A stretch of 60,268 nucleotides of DNA, filler included, from Sphacelaria rigidula (taxonomy: Eukaryota): assembly GCA_964200075.2 (NCBI GenBank). It is 2 parts of 2 records of this genome, joined end to end, with 100 filler letters (N's around TTAATTAATTAA, not from the genome) between each part and the next. Parts side by side here need not be neighbours in the genome. Positions count along the whole stretch, not along the records: positions 30,196 to 60,268 come from CAXNAA020000068.1; 1 more part is not named here. One strand, written 5' to 3'. This document shows positions 49,208 through 60,268 of this stretch, piece by piece. The notes under the pieces are model-generated. The model was not told where the DNA came from and did no database searches. It saw nothing but the letters and a program-made list of their open reading frames with translations. A program made the position numbers and the translations under genes. How positions within the stretch are numbered: position 1 is the stretch's first letter; each line of letters begins with the position of its first letter.

Positions 49208-50178
49208 TTGACAATTACCATATGATGAGTCAGGTGCTGGATTGAGGAATTGTGTTAGAATCGTCACACGTTCAAATGAAACTTTTGGCACTAGACGTCA
49301 AGGTGCAGGAGTGAAGCGAACTGAGATGCTCCCGCCTCGTGTTTTCATGTTTCCAGTCTTCATTTTTCGCATGGAGGCTTTCACATTGTAATGTAGTGGG
49401 CAGAAGGTCCAGTAAAGGGAACAAACGACACATTTTCGAAGTTGATACGTTCTTGAATGACCCAGTTTCAAGTGTGTAATCTACGTTCGAGAATTGATGA
49501 TCTGAGGCAATGTCCTTGGAAGGACTGTAAACGCAGATTGCTCATCAAGACCGCCTGGTGAAATATGATCATAACGTGTTTGGCCGTGTCACTGTTCAAA
49601 TGAGACATGCAACAGGCGCAGCGGGAAACTGTATTGTACTACGAGCGGGCCAGCCTAAAATCGGATATAAGCTCTTAAAGCAGTATCTCATCGACACAGA
49701 CGAGTTGGGCCTTGATCCGCATATCTTATTCATCGTATAATCAAGGGGAAGGTGCCCATCTGCTCAAGAGTTTGGGCTCATATTTTCTCGATGATTGAAC
49801 CCCATGTCTAGTAATTCCTATACCTAAGGGAGATAGCGCCAATACTAGAATGTCTATGAAACTCCCGATCTACGCATTTAGCGAATGGCGACGAATTTTG
49901 GTGTGGAAAACCACAAAAGAGTGCCGAATGAAAAAAAATAAGGGCCTTCATTTTTTTTTTCCTAGAGGTTAGGGTGTTCTCGTGGAGAAATGGTCTTAAC
50001 CATAGTAGAACGCCCTAAACCAGTGAAAAAAAAAAAATCAACCTGACCCACTTTTTTTTTAGTAATTATGCCTTAGAGAGCGCCCACACAAAAATTCAAT
50101 ACACGAAAACCAAACGTGGGCCGGTGAGTGGCCTGCGAAATACTGTTCCGAGTTTCTACCGACCCGGTTTTTAGGCTT

Positions 50179-50538
50179 ATGCTCTTTCATACATGTAGAG
50201 TTGGACCCTGAAATTTGGTATGGACAATGAATAGAGCATGAAAACAAACTACCTCGGTACCAAAAGTTTTTTTTTTTAATGAGTTAACCCTTAGACCGCG
50301 AGGTTAGTCTTGTGTTGAATCGGCATCAACTTCAAGTGAAAAAAAGTATGCATGATTCACCAGGAGGACCAATCTCGCGGTCTAAGGGTTGAGGGCAATA
50401 ATCAGTTTTCAGGTATCAGTAAAATGCGTTCAACTCATGGAGAAAAAAAAAAAATGGTACCAAGGTAATTTTTTTTCATGCCCTATACATTGTCCATACC
50501 AAATTTCAGGTTCCAACTCTGAATGTATAAAAGAGCAT
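50179..50538. mobile_element. Foldback element (~110-bp inverted arms) enclosing a piggyBac-like MITE
   Basis: 50179-50287 is inverted at ~50430-50538. Confidence 0.65.
50288..50388. mobile_element. piggyBac-like MITE, 101 bp
   Basis: TTAA-CCCTTAGACCGCGAG...CTCGCGGTCTAAGGG-TTGA, 15-bp perfect TIR. Confidence 0.75.
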
Positions 50539-52315
50539 GGACCTGCAAACTTCAAATCCACCTCTAGGCTGGCCCAGCTCGTACTGTGGTTGTGTTTTGG
50601 TAAACCTTGCTCACAAGGGACACTCTCACCACTGTACCGTGCTGTGTTGCAGTTGATTCCTTGTGAGCATCATACGCAGGACGGTGCTCTGGCTAACGTC
50701 AGGAGGGCTGGAACGGCCTATTCCCTACCCAAACGTCGACACCATACGCTCTCTTGAAATCCCAGCATGGACTGAGTAAGACATATCTTTTATGGCAGAG
50801 AAAAAATCGGGCGCGGACCACAACCCGGAACACGTTGTCCACACTCATTAANNNNNNNNNNGGGGGGGTGCACGATCTCGGAGTGGTTTCCCCCGTTTTT
50901 TTAAAAAGCTGGGGGGAAAGTGTCCCGAGTTTGGTCCCCCCCCCCCCCCCCCCGATTTTTTTGAGGTGACGTACGTGCATTGTCGTACAAAGGTGGGGTA
51001 CAAGGCGTTCGATACTTTTGCAACCCCAGCAGAAGACAGTCTAAATTCGTGAGACGGCAGTGCAGCTCACTCTGCCTCGAGCACGAATTACCACAGACTA
51101 TCAGCAACAGCAACTATGATATCCGAAGAATCGACCATTCACTGGTTCCTTTCCCGTTCACGAAGACACGATGAGAAAGGAGTGCTATTTTGGAAATATA
51201 ATCCTGAGCCTCTACCGAAAAACAGCTCCCTGCACCCCCCGCCGAGACTCCGACGACGATTTCACCGCACTCCCAACATTCCGAACCAAGATTTCCCGCC
51301 CACCGAAATCCGAGCAGAATTGTCGAACGTGGACACACGAATTCCCCGCGTTACGTGTTACTGACGGTTGTGGTTCTCGGTTCATCGACCTCTTCGTCTT
51401 GAGGCGAGAACCAACCCACCCGCACACCACATATCGTTGTGTGACCACCCAACACTCTCTGGCCACCAAGCCCCTCTCTAGAGACAGGTGGAGGGCATAC
51501 GCAAGATCGTGGTCGTAAGACCATAGTACGCACATTCCCGGTGCTTCACCGTTTCGTTGGGCCCACGCATTCCAATCGGTGGGCGGGCTCTCCCACTCCT
51601 GCATCGAATATACCCGAGCAATGCTCTTTATGATTATGCTTTCGTTCTGTTGATATTTTCGTGGCTGTTCTGATATCCCTCGAGCATGTGTTATCCGCGC
51701 ACTTTACTACTAATGTCTGTACCTTTGCAGCGTCTCGTCTTCACTATTTCTACCGCGTGCAATTCCGGTACTGCAGTTGCAGATGGTGAAAAGGCGGCTT
51801 CCATCCCTATTTACTGTGCTTCCATCAGTTGCTTGAGGGACTCAACCATGTTGTGATGTTTTACCGTCCTGCATACTTCACGAAGCAATGTCAGAGGTGT
51901 GTTGAGTGCGCCGTCATTTCATCCCGAGATCCGAACAGGGAGTCTCGGCATCGCTACAACCGTGCATGTCGGGCTGTTACCTGTGGTCACCGATGTCGAG
52001 GTTGTGTCACGTCCTTCGAAGTGCAAATGGATATTCACGGATATGCGACGCATCCCCATGTACTTCCATTACGACATACGGCGATTTCTTCTTTTCCACG
52101 CTGATGTTGTCGCGATGCAATGATTGTCTCTTCAGGTGGGAAGGTGTAAAAGCTCAGGAATCAGAGATCACCACGTGTCGAGACGGCACGTTGAGGTCAC
52201 GGTGCCCGAGGAAGGGCAGGAAGGATCAAAAGAAGGTGCGCCGGGCAAGAGAAGGAACAAGCTTGAGCTTGAAACACGATGGCCGAGGCAAATGTGTATG
52301 ATCTGTTGTGTTGTC

Positions 52316-52316
52316 A

Positions 52317-52344
<28 letters not shown>
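52316..52344. repeat. (CA)n microsatellite
   Basis: Seen directly. Confidence 0.9.
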
Positions 52345-52347
<3 letters not shown>

Positions 52348-52351
52348 TTAA

Positions 52352-53017
52352 CCGTTGGACAGCGAGAGTAGGTCATCTGTTGAAAAAAGTATGATTAGTC
52401 CAGATGGACTGCCTTCGCAGTCCAAGGTTCAACCCTTGGACCGTGGTGCGGGTAGTTCATGTGGATCATGCAACATTTTTTCAAGTGAAGATTGATGCCA
52501 ATTTGTCTACCCTCGCGGTCACAGGGTTAACCCTTAGACCGCGAAGGTAGTTTATCTTGATCATGCATACTTTTTTCAAGAGAAGATTGATGCCGATTCA
52601 ACAGATCACCTACCTTGGCTGTGTACTGGTCAACCCTTGGACGGCGAGAGTAGGTGTATGTTGTGTGTTGTCGTCCCATCTATTCTGGACGCCGGTCTCT
52701 ACACCTTTCGGTCTATTAGGTCATCTATCGAGTTGGCATCAGTTTCACTTGGGAAAAAAGTATCCATAATCCAGATGGACCACCCTCGCAGTTGAAGGGT
52801 TAACCCTTCGACCGCAAGGGCAGGTCACCTGGTAAATCGGCATCAATTTCACTTGAAAAAAGTATGTGATCCAGATGGACTATGCGCATCGCGGTCACAG
52901 GGTTAATTAACCCTTACACCGCGGTGCGGGTAGTCCATCTGGATCATTCATACTTTTTCGAGTGAATATTGATGCCGATTCAGCAGGTGACCTACCCTTA
53001 CCCTTACGATCAAAGGG
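52352..53017. mobile_element. Array of six piggyBac-like MITEs joined by TTAA-type sites
   Basis: Copies start at 52352, 52433, 52531, 52634, 52804 and 52911, in mixed orientation. Confidence 0.75.
52656..52716 (-). mobile_element. 61-nt 3' fragment of the SINE inserted in a MITE, TSD TAGGT
   Basis: TAGGT at 52651-52655 and 52717-52721; the uninterrupted copy at 52352 has a single TAGGT. Confidence 0.75.
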
Positions 53018-53430
53018 CCAAGCTGACACTCATCGGATAAACCTAGATGCTACTAAATTGTGTGCAGTAAAACTTCGCCGGTCAACATGTACCACCTGTG
53101 CACGGACGGAGCAACCTTTGATTTCTTTTCATATTTTTTTTCTTGTGTCCTCCTTTCCTCCCTCATCTGGACGAACTCCTAGCCTCAAGAGAACATCCAT
53201 GATCTCTTGCACGGCACACGCCTTGCACTACTGTACTGTATTTGTCGAGCTAGGACCAGTACTAGCGCAGGCCGCCGTGTTTCGTCCATTGACGTTTTTT
53301 CTTCGCCATTTCAAGTTGTAGCCTTCTGGAAGGACCGCGGCCGGAAAGTATACACTTGGATTCTGTCGAAACTTGGGCTGATCTGGCTCATGGCTGTGCG
53401 TGCGTGCCCCTCTTGTTGTCCTTACATCAG

Positions 53431-53558
53431 GCTATTGCCGCATCAAATACATCGGGCGTAATTGCCGAGTTGTTTTGGTGGGGGGTGTGCTGTTGAAGGC
53501 GGAGCAGGAGGTGACGGCGCTGCCAGGAACGAAGGTTATTCTCAATTTCAACAACAAG
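53431..53558 (+). CDS. Internal exon encoding the C-terminal half of a probable FHA domain (aprataxin/PNKP/APLF type)
   Basis: Acceptor cttacatcag, donor AAG/gtgaat; (G)YCRIKYIGRNCRVVLVGGVLLKAEQEVTALPGTKVILNFNNK. Confidence 0.55.
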
Positions 53559-54035
53559 GTGAATGATCTCCCACCCCTAGTTGTACATTATATATTTATG
53601 GATATCCTCCAAACTCGTGGGACTCGCAACAGTTTTCGGACTAAAAACCATGAGCGTTCACAAGTTTAGACAACGCTTTGCCCTCTACGCGCTCCTCACT
53701 TCCTTTACTCCGAGGAGATGCATCTGTTGTCAGATATCCAAGCTCAAATACAAGAAATAATCGAACATCTGAAACACCGCACCTTGACAGCACCCCTCTC
53801 CCCCCCCCGCGCCCTCCTCCCCCTCCAGTTTGTTCCGTCTCAAAATGGATGCGTGGTCATTGGTCAAACCACTAAGGCTACCCATAGATGAGCACTCCCC
53901 CCCCCATCCATGTTCTTCAAGCAGTATAAAATGTCTTTGTCAGTAATCCAGAAGTTCAAGATTGTTTGACGGAATGTTTATTCCTGAATTCTCACCATCC
54001 CGCACTCCCCCCTTCCCTTCTGCTGTTTTTTACAG

Positions 54036-54212
54036 GGCCTTCCACGATACTCGTACACCCTTTTACCCGCGAACCACCTCTCCGCGCTTTCTGCCAGCAT
54101 GGCGGGGGTCAGGGCGGCGGCCGGGACGGCTGGTCGGTGGCGAGGATCAGGTCCTCAGCAGTGCGCGATCAACAAGCGACCAGCAAGATTTCGGAAAGAG
54201 GCGCAGGATAAG
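54036..54212 (+). CDS. Next exon of probable FHA-domain gene (GLPRYSYTLLPANH...RFRKEAQDK)
   Basis: Strong pyrimidine tract and tacag acceptor, donor AAG/gtgggt, phase 0-0 compatible with the previous exon. Confidence 0.55.
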
Positions 54213-54848
54213 GTGGGTGTTCGGGGCTCTCGGGGGAAAAGGGGGAATGATCGGAACCATCAACACTCATTGCATGAGCCGTATGTGTGACTTCATTCAC
54301 CGCTACACTCCCTCTAGACTCGTGATTTTGTTTTCATCATGTCATCTGGACAGCCCCCACGCCCCGGTGGTATCGGTGGTACACCTGACACCATTGGGCG
54401 CGGGAAAAATGCGAATTCGAATCCCGCCAAATGTGTCTAGTTTGATGTTTATTTCCTGGATATATCTGATTCCGGTCGTCGTAAGCGTCAGGATGTGAGT
54501 GGCAATTAGTCTGCTCGGCTGACTTTGTTCGACGACAGTCGACGCGGTGCGGCAGTACAGATCCAGTCCGCGATCCCAAAATGTAAGGCATGCACGGGGG
54601 GAGAGTTGGGTTGATCCCTGGAAACTATGGAATGGTCCCGAAGAAGGTGAGGAGTTGGAATTGACGATGGCTGAAAAAAAAAAATCCCTCGAATCTACTT
54701 GCCACGTTATATTTCCTTTGAAGGCGTAGTACACTTTTGCGGCGGACGTCATATACCCATCATTGCCCCCCTCATCCATGGGTGGTACTGCTCGTACGTG
54801 TGTGTTTTCCCGTCGTGTCCGCCGACCGTGTGTGCCGCTGAACATCAG

Positions 54849-54901
54849 CTTCAAAAGGAGCGGGAAGAGATTTTCAGCCGGTTTGCGGATCTCAAGTTCG
54901 C
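54849..54901 (+). CDS. Possible further exon (LQKEREEIFSRFADLKFA)
   Basis: Acceptor acatcag phase 0, donor gtgagg; continues a charged helix. Confidence 0.4.
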
Positions 54902-57900
54902 GTGAGGACAACGCTCTCTAGAGAGAGCGCCGTACTGTTAGTTTTGTTTCCCCCGGAAAAGGCTCGGGGGGGGGGGGGGGGGGGGGGGGGGCGTAGCCGA
55001 TCGGGAAGGGGAGAGCGGAGTCCGGGATTTGCTCAATTTCAGGAATCGCTCATGTTTGTTGTTTCCGTGACTGGACGACAAAGCAACCGAAGTCGGAAGA
55101 GGGGACGGAGAGGGAGGGGCGGGGGGGGGGGGGGGGGGGAAGGTGTGGTGGAGGGGCAGAGGGGGACCAGGGTTGGGCGGGGTTTCGCATTTTGGGCATC
55201 AAAAAAGNNNNNNNNNNGGTGGGGGGGGAGCGACAGCGGAGGAGAGGGGGGGGGAGGGGGGCGGGGGGGGGGGGGGGGGGGGGGGGGGGTGGGGGGGGTA
55301 TAGCTTGTGTTGCAAGTGCGAAGTGGCACCACGTTGGGCCGTGTTGTCCAATTTGTGCAGACAGTAAGTAGTGTACAGTCGGAACAAGCGTCTGTGCATG
55401 TCACGCTTGCAACACCATCGTCTGCAGCGTCAGTGTATTGTAGTGGCCAAGACACCTCACAGGGGTACGTGGTACTGTATGACGAACATGATGAAAATAT
55501 GTCGGAAAGTTCTGTGCTTTGCCTGTTCTTCACCCCCCCCACCCCCCCTCTTTTTTTGTCACAACATGCCTACTGGGATGGGTCAGCCATAGGTTGAATT
55601 TTATCACCCCTTCGAAACGTCGGTGTTGAAGGAGAACATCCTCCATGCAGTTGGCGTTCTCGGAAGTATGTTGTTCCAAGTGTGAATTATTACAGCAGTT
55701 GGACAAAAAGTAGACGACTGTGGGCTCCATTAGCAGCGGTGAACTACATGTTCGACCAGGAGTGTATGATAGTGCCATCACAGTACTTGGGTAGGACCAT
55801 ATAGTTGTTGTCCCGTCGTAATCGATTTTGTTCAATCACGCCCCTTTTGTCCCGCGCGACACTGAATACAAGAGGCACGCCTCCCATAGCCCCTTGACCG
55901 CCAGCGTAGGTCATGTGTTGAATCTGCATAATTTTTACGTTGAATGGTGAACGTGAGACCCAAATCGCCCCCCCTTGCTGGCGATCGAAGGATTTAACTA
56001 CTCGAAAATGATTTTATTTATTTTGTTTAGTTTTTGAGTTGTCGCGTACGTACAGGTGGGGAATGGCCATCTTGTTGTTTCCACTCGTAGGATCATGTGT
56101 CTGCTGTGGTATGTTGTTGGAGAACTATGTTCAATCATATTGAAGGTAGAAGACTTCAAGAACAGTTTTTTTTTTTTACAATTCTGATGATTAGTTGGGC
56201 AAAATAGGCGAAAACATCTTGAGTAGCCGGGCGGAGGCGATTTGACCCTTTACTTTTGTGGACTGTGACCCATGGAACAAAAACAGTGGTTTCCCCCTTT
56301 TTCTCGCTTTCCTTTCGAGTCTGTGCGAAGATTGAAATGATCCTGTATGTAGTTGTGATGAGTGTATCTTGACTTTTGATGGTGTTTGAAACCATTATGA
56401 AAAGGCGGGAGAAGTGGCTGAGAGGAAGGAAAGAAAGAACGTTGAAGGTTGGATTCGGGCCAACTGGTGAAGCACTGCGCGCTCGTCACGAATTATAAAA
56501 GTTGTCGAGTTATGGGCAGGGGGGAAGTCGCGGGGGACCTCGTCGGGAAACGGGTACTGTATCTCTTGGAGAAAAGCAGCGTATATAAATATATGTACAC
56601 GTATTCTCTCGCCCTCCCCTTTTCTTCCTTGCGCTCTTTGGGGTCCGGAGGAGGGAAGGGAGGGAGGCGGGTGAACAGTTATAACGATGAGCGTGTCTTC
56701 GGTATGAGCGTTCTTGATTGTGCTGGGGTTGGCGGTGGATTTACGGGTGGGTAATGTATGAGTATAGTGCATGGTACACATGAACATGTATGTACGGTGT
56801 ATTAATCTGAACATGGTCCCCGTGCAAGAACAAAGTACCGTGCCATACTGTTCTGTACTGTACTATTCTTGAAATGATCAAAACTACCTGGCGTCGATTG
56901 CATGGCAACGGTAGTGCATCGGTTCGTTCGTTGCGTTCCTTTACAGCCGTTCTTCGAAGTATCTAGTTCTTTCTGTTCTCCCCCCCCTGATCAGTGTTAT
57001 AATAGAGCTATAATATGTGAATTTCTATTCTTTGTTGTACTTGGGGAAGGGCAGGGCGTGGTGGAGCAAAGAGAAAGAGCACAAAGGTGACCAAATACAT
57101 TTTCTGTCTTGTGTAGTTTGTTGCAACTTGCTCAACGATGCACCGAAAAAAAAAAGAAGGGAGTACGTCTGCCATCTAGCCGTGCAGTGTGTTCTCCCGA
57201 TGGGATAGCACAAGACCTGGTGCCACAAACATCCTTTCTCATTCATATGATATGCGCTTCAATGTGAGGATGTCCATACTGCCATGAAGTGTTTGAGGAT
57301 GTGCCGCTCTTGAACAAGTCGACATTTGTATGTTTTCCCTCATGTTCGACCAGGTGCAGACGCGACGTGTCTCTCGTCTTTTTGAGGCGGGAGCGGGCGG
57401 ACTGGGCACTGTTCCACAACGCTTCTAGTGTACTATTTTTCACACACATGCGCGTCCGTATGTGCGTTTTATTTTTCGTTCACTATTTTATCAACCGCTA
57501 GATTGTTGAATCGGCACCACTTGCCACCAGGTATGTCCACCTGAAGACTCGTTAAGACCCAGTGGATGATCAACAGTGCGAGCCCGCTCATTAGAAACAG
57601 CTGTTTTTGAGCAAGGCTCAAAACCTTACTTTGCCAGTCATTATTACGTAGCGTTATTCCATATGTCACCGTTTCTCATGCTTGAAGAAAAAGATGCATA
57701 AATTTATCATTTCGGTCATTTCGTTTTCCCAGCCCAGCAACTTCATGTATTTTTACGCCAGTTTTTCTTCACAGGTACGGACTTTTGTTTCACGATATTG
57801 ATCAATTTCCTGCCGCTCCATTTCCTGATATATCCGATCTGTTGAGGTCAAATTCTTTCGACAAGTTTCTCTGTTTTTTTCAAACCTGAGGTGTAATTTC

Positions 57901-60268
57901 TTGTAAAGACATTTCTTGTCAGCGGACCAGCTCTGTCTGTATATACTATCCTGTGGGTTAAACTGTCGATCTTCTAACAGCCCAGGTGTGTGCGTATTTA
58001 TCACTTGTGTTGGCGTCATGCTCATTTTCTGAAGGATGTCGAACTCAGATGTATTTATTGGTGGAATGCACGGAGGGTCAGTCATTGATTCGCCTTCGCA
58101 TATCAGTGGCCACTGCTGACACTCATCCATTCATCGCAGTATCATTCGTTGGCCTAGCAAAAACTGGTGCGTCCAACAGATGAACGAGAGCCATCAGGGA
58201 GTGCTCTATCAGGGAATGAACGCTGTGACCACAAGGAGAGCGCGGGGTATCTCTGGGGCCTCACTCTCATCTTCAAGTGAAGATAATTATATTAATTTAA
58301 TAATGCCGACTCAACAGATGACAGATGACCCACCCTGACGGCCAAAGGGGTGACCCTACCTGCCGAACCCGCGGGCCTTTTCCACGAGATTTGAAATCTA
58401 TTTTTGGAAGGGCGGTCGTCAGGGTTCACGAGCATAATATGGCCATGAATCCCACAACATATATTTGAGAACGGAGTCCGCAAATGCCTAAACGTACAAA
58501 CTTATCGAGAATCCGGTAACTCCAATCAGGACCTTTGCGCTTCCCCCCTCACTGATGACGGTGAAACTAACGAGTGCTCAATTATTATCACGATCGCCCG
58601 CGCTCTTTGAACTAGTTTATCACTGATGGATGGGTGCGCTGATGCTACTGCATAGCCTATGAGCACGCTTCCAAAGATTGTGCCCGAACGAGTTATGCAT
58701 GATGGCACCTTGTGCCTATAATGTGCCATGGCCTCCTGCTATACCAGCACGTCGGCGAAAGCATCACCGGGACACAGAAGCGCACTCAACCAAGCAAGCA
58801 AATCACGGATTCTTTGTCGTTGCACGGCATCTTTCATCATCTCCCTAGGCTCAAGGCCGCCTTTGGGAGCAAGCATATTGCTTCACTACCGGCAAAGCCC
58901 GACTGTGTATCACTGGGGAGAACCTACTCTCTGGTGCAAGGACTAAACCCAATAAATGGCAAAAAACATACCGCGTATTCCGCGATCTCCAACGGCCTGT
59001 CTTACCGATAATACAGTAAATAAGTGGGAATCGAAACAAGGGCCTCAAAGCATTACGCTGAGTTGTCGACCACGCTGAGTTGTCGACGGGCGGGTCTATG
59101 AATTCGCCGACTGTTGGTCAATATTGTCGTGCTGTCGGACGCTTGTTTCACTTCTCGCTTTTTGTTTGGCTCGACAAGACAGGGCCTTATCCCTGCCAAA
59201 TTCCGGGAAGCTATTAACTGCTCCTAATTAATGTACAATACAGCTTTCCGCTGTGCATGCAAATATAAAGAACATCCCGACCAACAAGAATACCGTTTAG
59301 ATTTACGGCGGCGCCTTTCCTCGATCTTGTTCAGTATGCCACAGATGATGGGACCTCGTACGTAGTGACGCTCCCATCGAGAGCACTTGAGAAGTGATGA
59401 ATGCTTGTTAGGTCTGCCACCTTCACCGCGCTACCGCTGGCTTTGCCCTGCGTGTGGTAATGATTTGTCATGATTCAGGTGATATTCATCACTGAGTGCT
59501 CGCGCAAAAAGGAGGACACACACATCATGAGGTGAATCAACCGATAATATACATTCTGCGAAGCGACGGAGTTACTGGATTAAGTAATAAGTTCTTTCAC
59601 ATGAGCTGATCCGCTACTACTGAAATGAATTGTACCCAGTCGTGGCCACAAGATGGACATCGCGAGTGACCCCCGTACCTCGAAATGCTTCACCACAAAA
59701 TTATTAATTATAGATTGCTCTGCTTCGCATCGGACCTCCAATTTTCCTATCCTTTCTTACATTGGAATGAAATGGAAAAGGGATAAACCAGACAGACGCC
59801 CTTACAGTAATAATGTTCCTTTTCGAGAATATGAAAGCTTCAATCACAAGGTGTACGTTCTATACTAGGTGAAATCATGTTCCGCGGTTTCAATTATCTC
59901 GAGCTCAGACAGGAGGTCATCGCGGGAATACGGTTGGGCACTGTTAGCTTCAACAGCTCGCTTCACGGGCGATGCCGCACATGGGAGAAAGCTGCATGAC
60001 GCACGACATTCGTCACAGGACACGTTACAAGCGTTTTTTGCTAAATAGATTAATGTATCAACAAGAACAGGGCGAGTTAGTGCAGATTTCTCTAGATACG
60101 GGTAGCACTCTGTGCGCATCGCTCTTGAAACACACATTCTCGTCTGTTATACACGAAATATGCTGTTTGCTGCTATGGGTTCGACACTGCGTACCAACCG
60201 CGACGTTACGCCTTCGGTGGTACTACCTGCTCACTGCACAGCGGCAGGGTGCAGGGTGACAAAGCTCA

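Noticed and set aside
54960-55300. Gly-rich or Pro-rich protein ORFs
   Set aside because: They come from poly-G runs around an N gap and are unreliable.
59055-59087. 17-bp tandem duplication ACGCTGAGTTGTCGAC
   Set aside because: An ordinary slippage duplication with no further structure.
56390-60268. Further genes (e.g. 57753-58130 minus, 58712-59011 plus, 59865-60137 minus)
   Set aside because: Some stretches look coding-like, but I found no recognisable motif or consistent exon chain.

Overview
Eukaryotic genomic DNA with long GT-AG introns, about 50% GC and draft-assembly gaps. The style suggests a brown alga or related stramenopile, but that is inference. The left half (4072-29964, minus strand) holds one giant gene, incomplete at its 5' end, which I reconstructed by hand as 34 exons (9593 nt, at least 3196 aa, every intron phase consistent, stop at 4072). 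Its core is 12 tandem pairs of phase-0 exons. The long A exon (399-570 nt) encodes acidic P-x-V-x-G/A-D-V-x-L 9-mer/7-mer repeats and ends in a ~25-aa Gly/Ala hydrophobic segment. The short B exon (114/117 nt) encodes a basic KKPKKGFGFGGIFKKP motif. The protein resembles AHNAK/periaxin in composition, but I recognise no named gene. The right half is mostly repeats: a tRNA-derived SINE family, an inverted pair of tRNA-headed elements, a tiny LTR (TRIM-like) element, CMC-, Harbinger- and piggyBac-like MITEs (including a six-copy TTAA-linked array) and decayed coding remnants. It also holds a few plus-strand exons of a probable FHA-domain gene.
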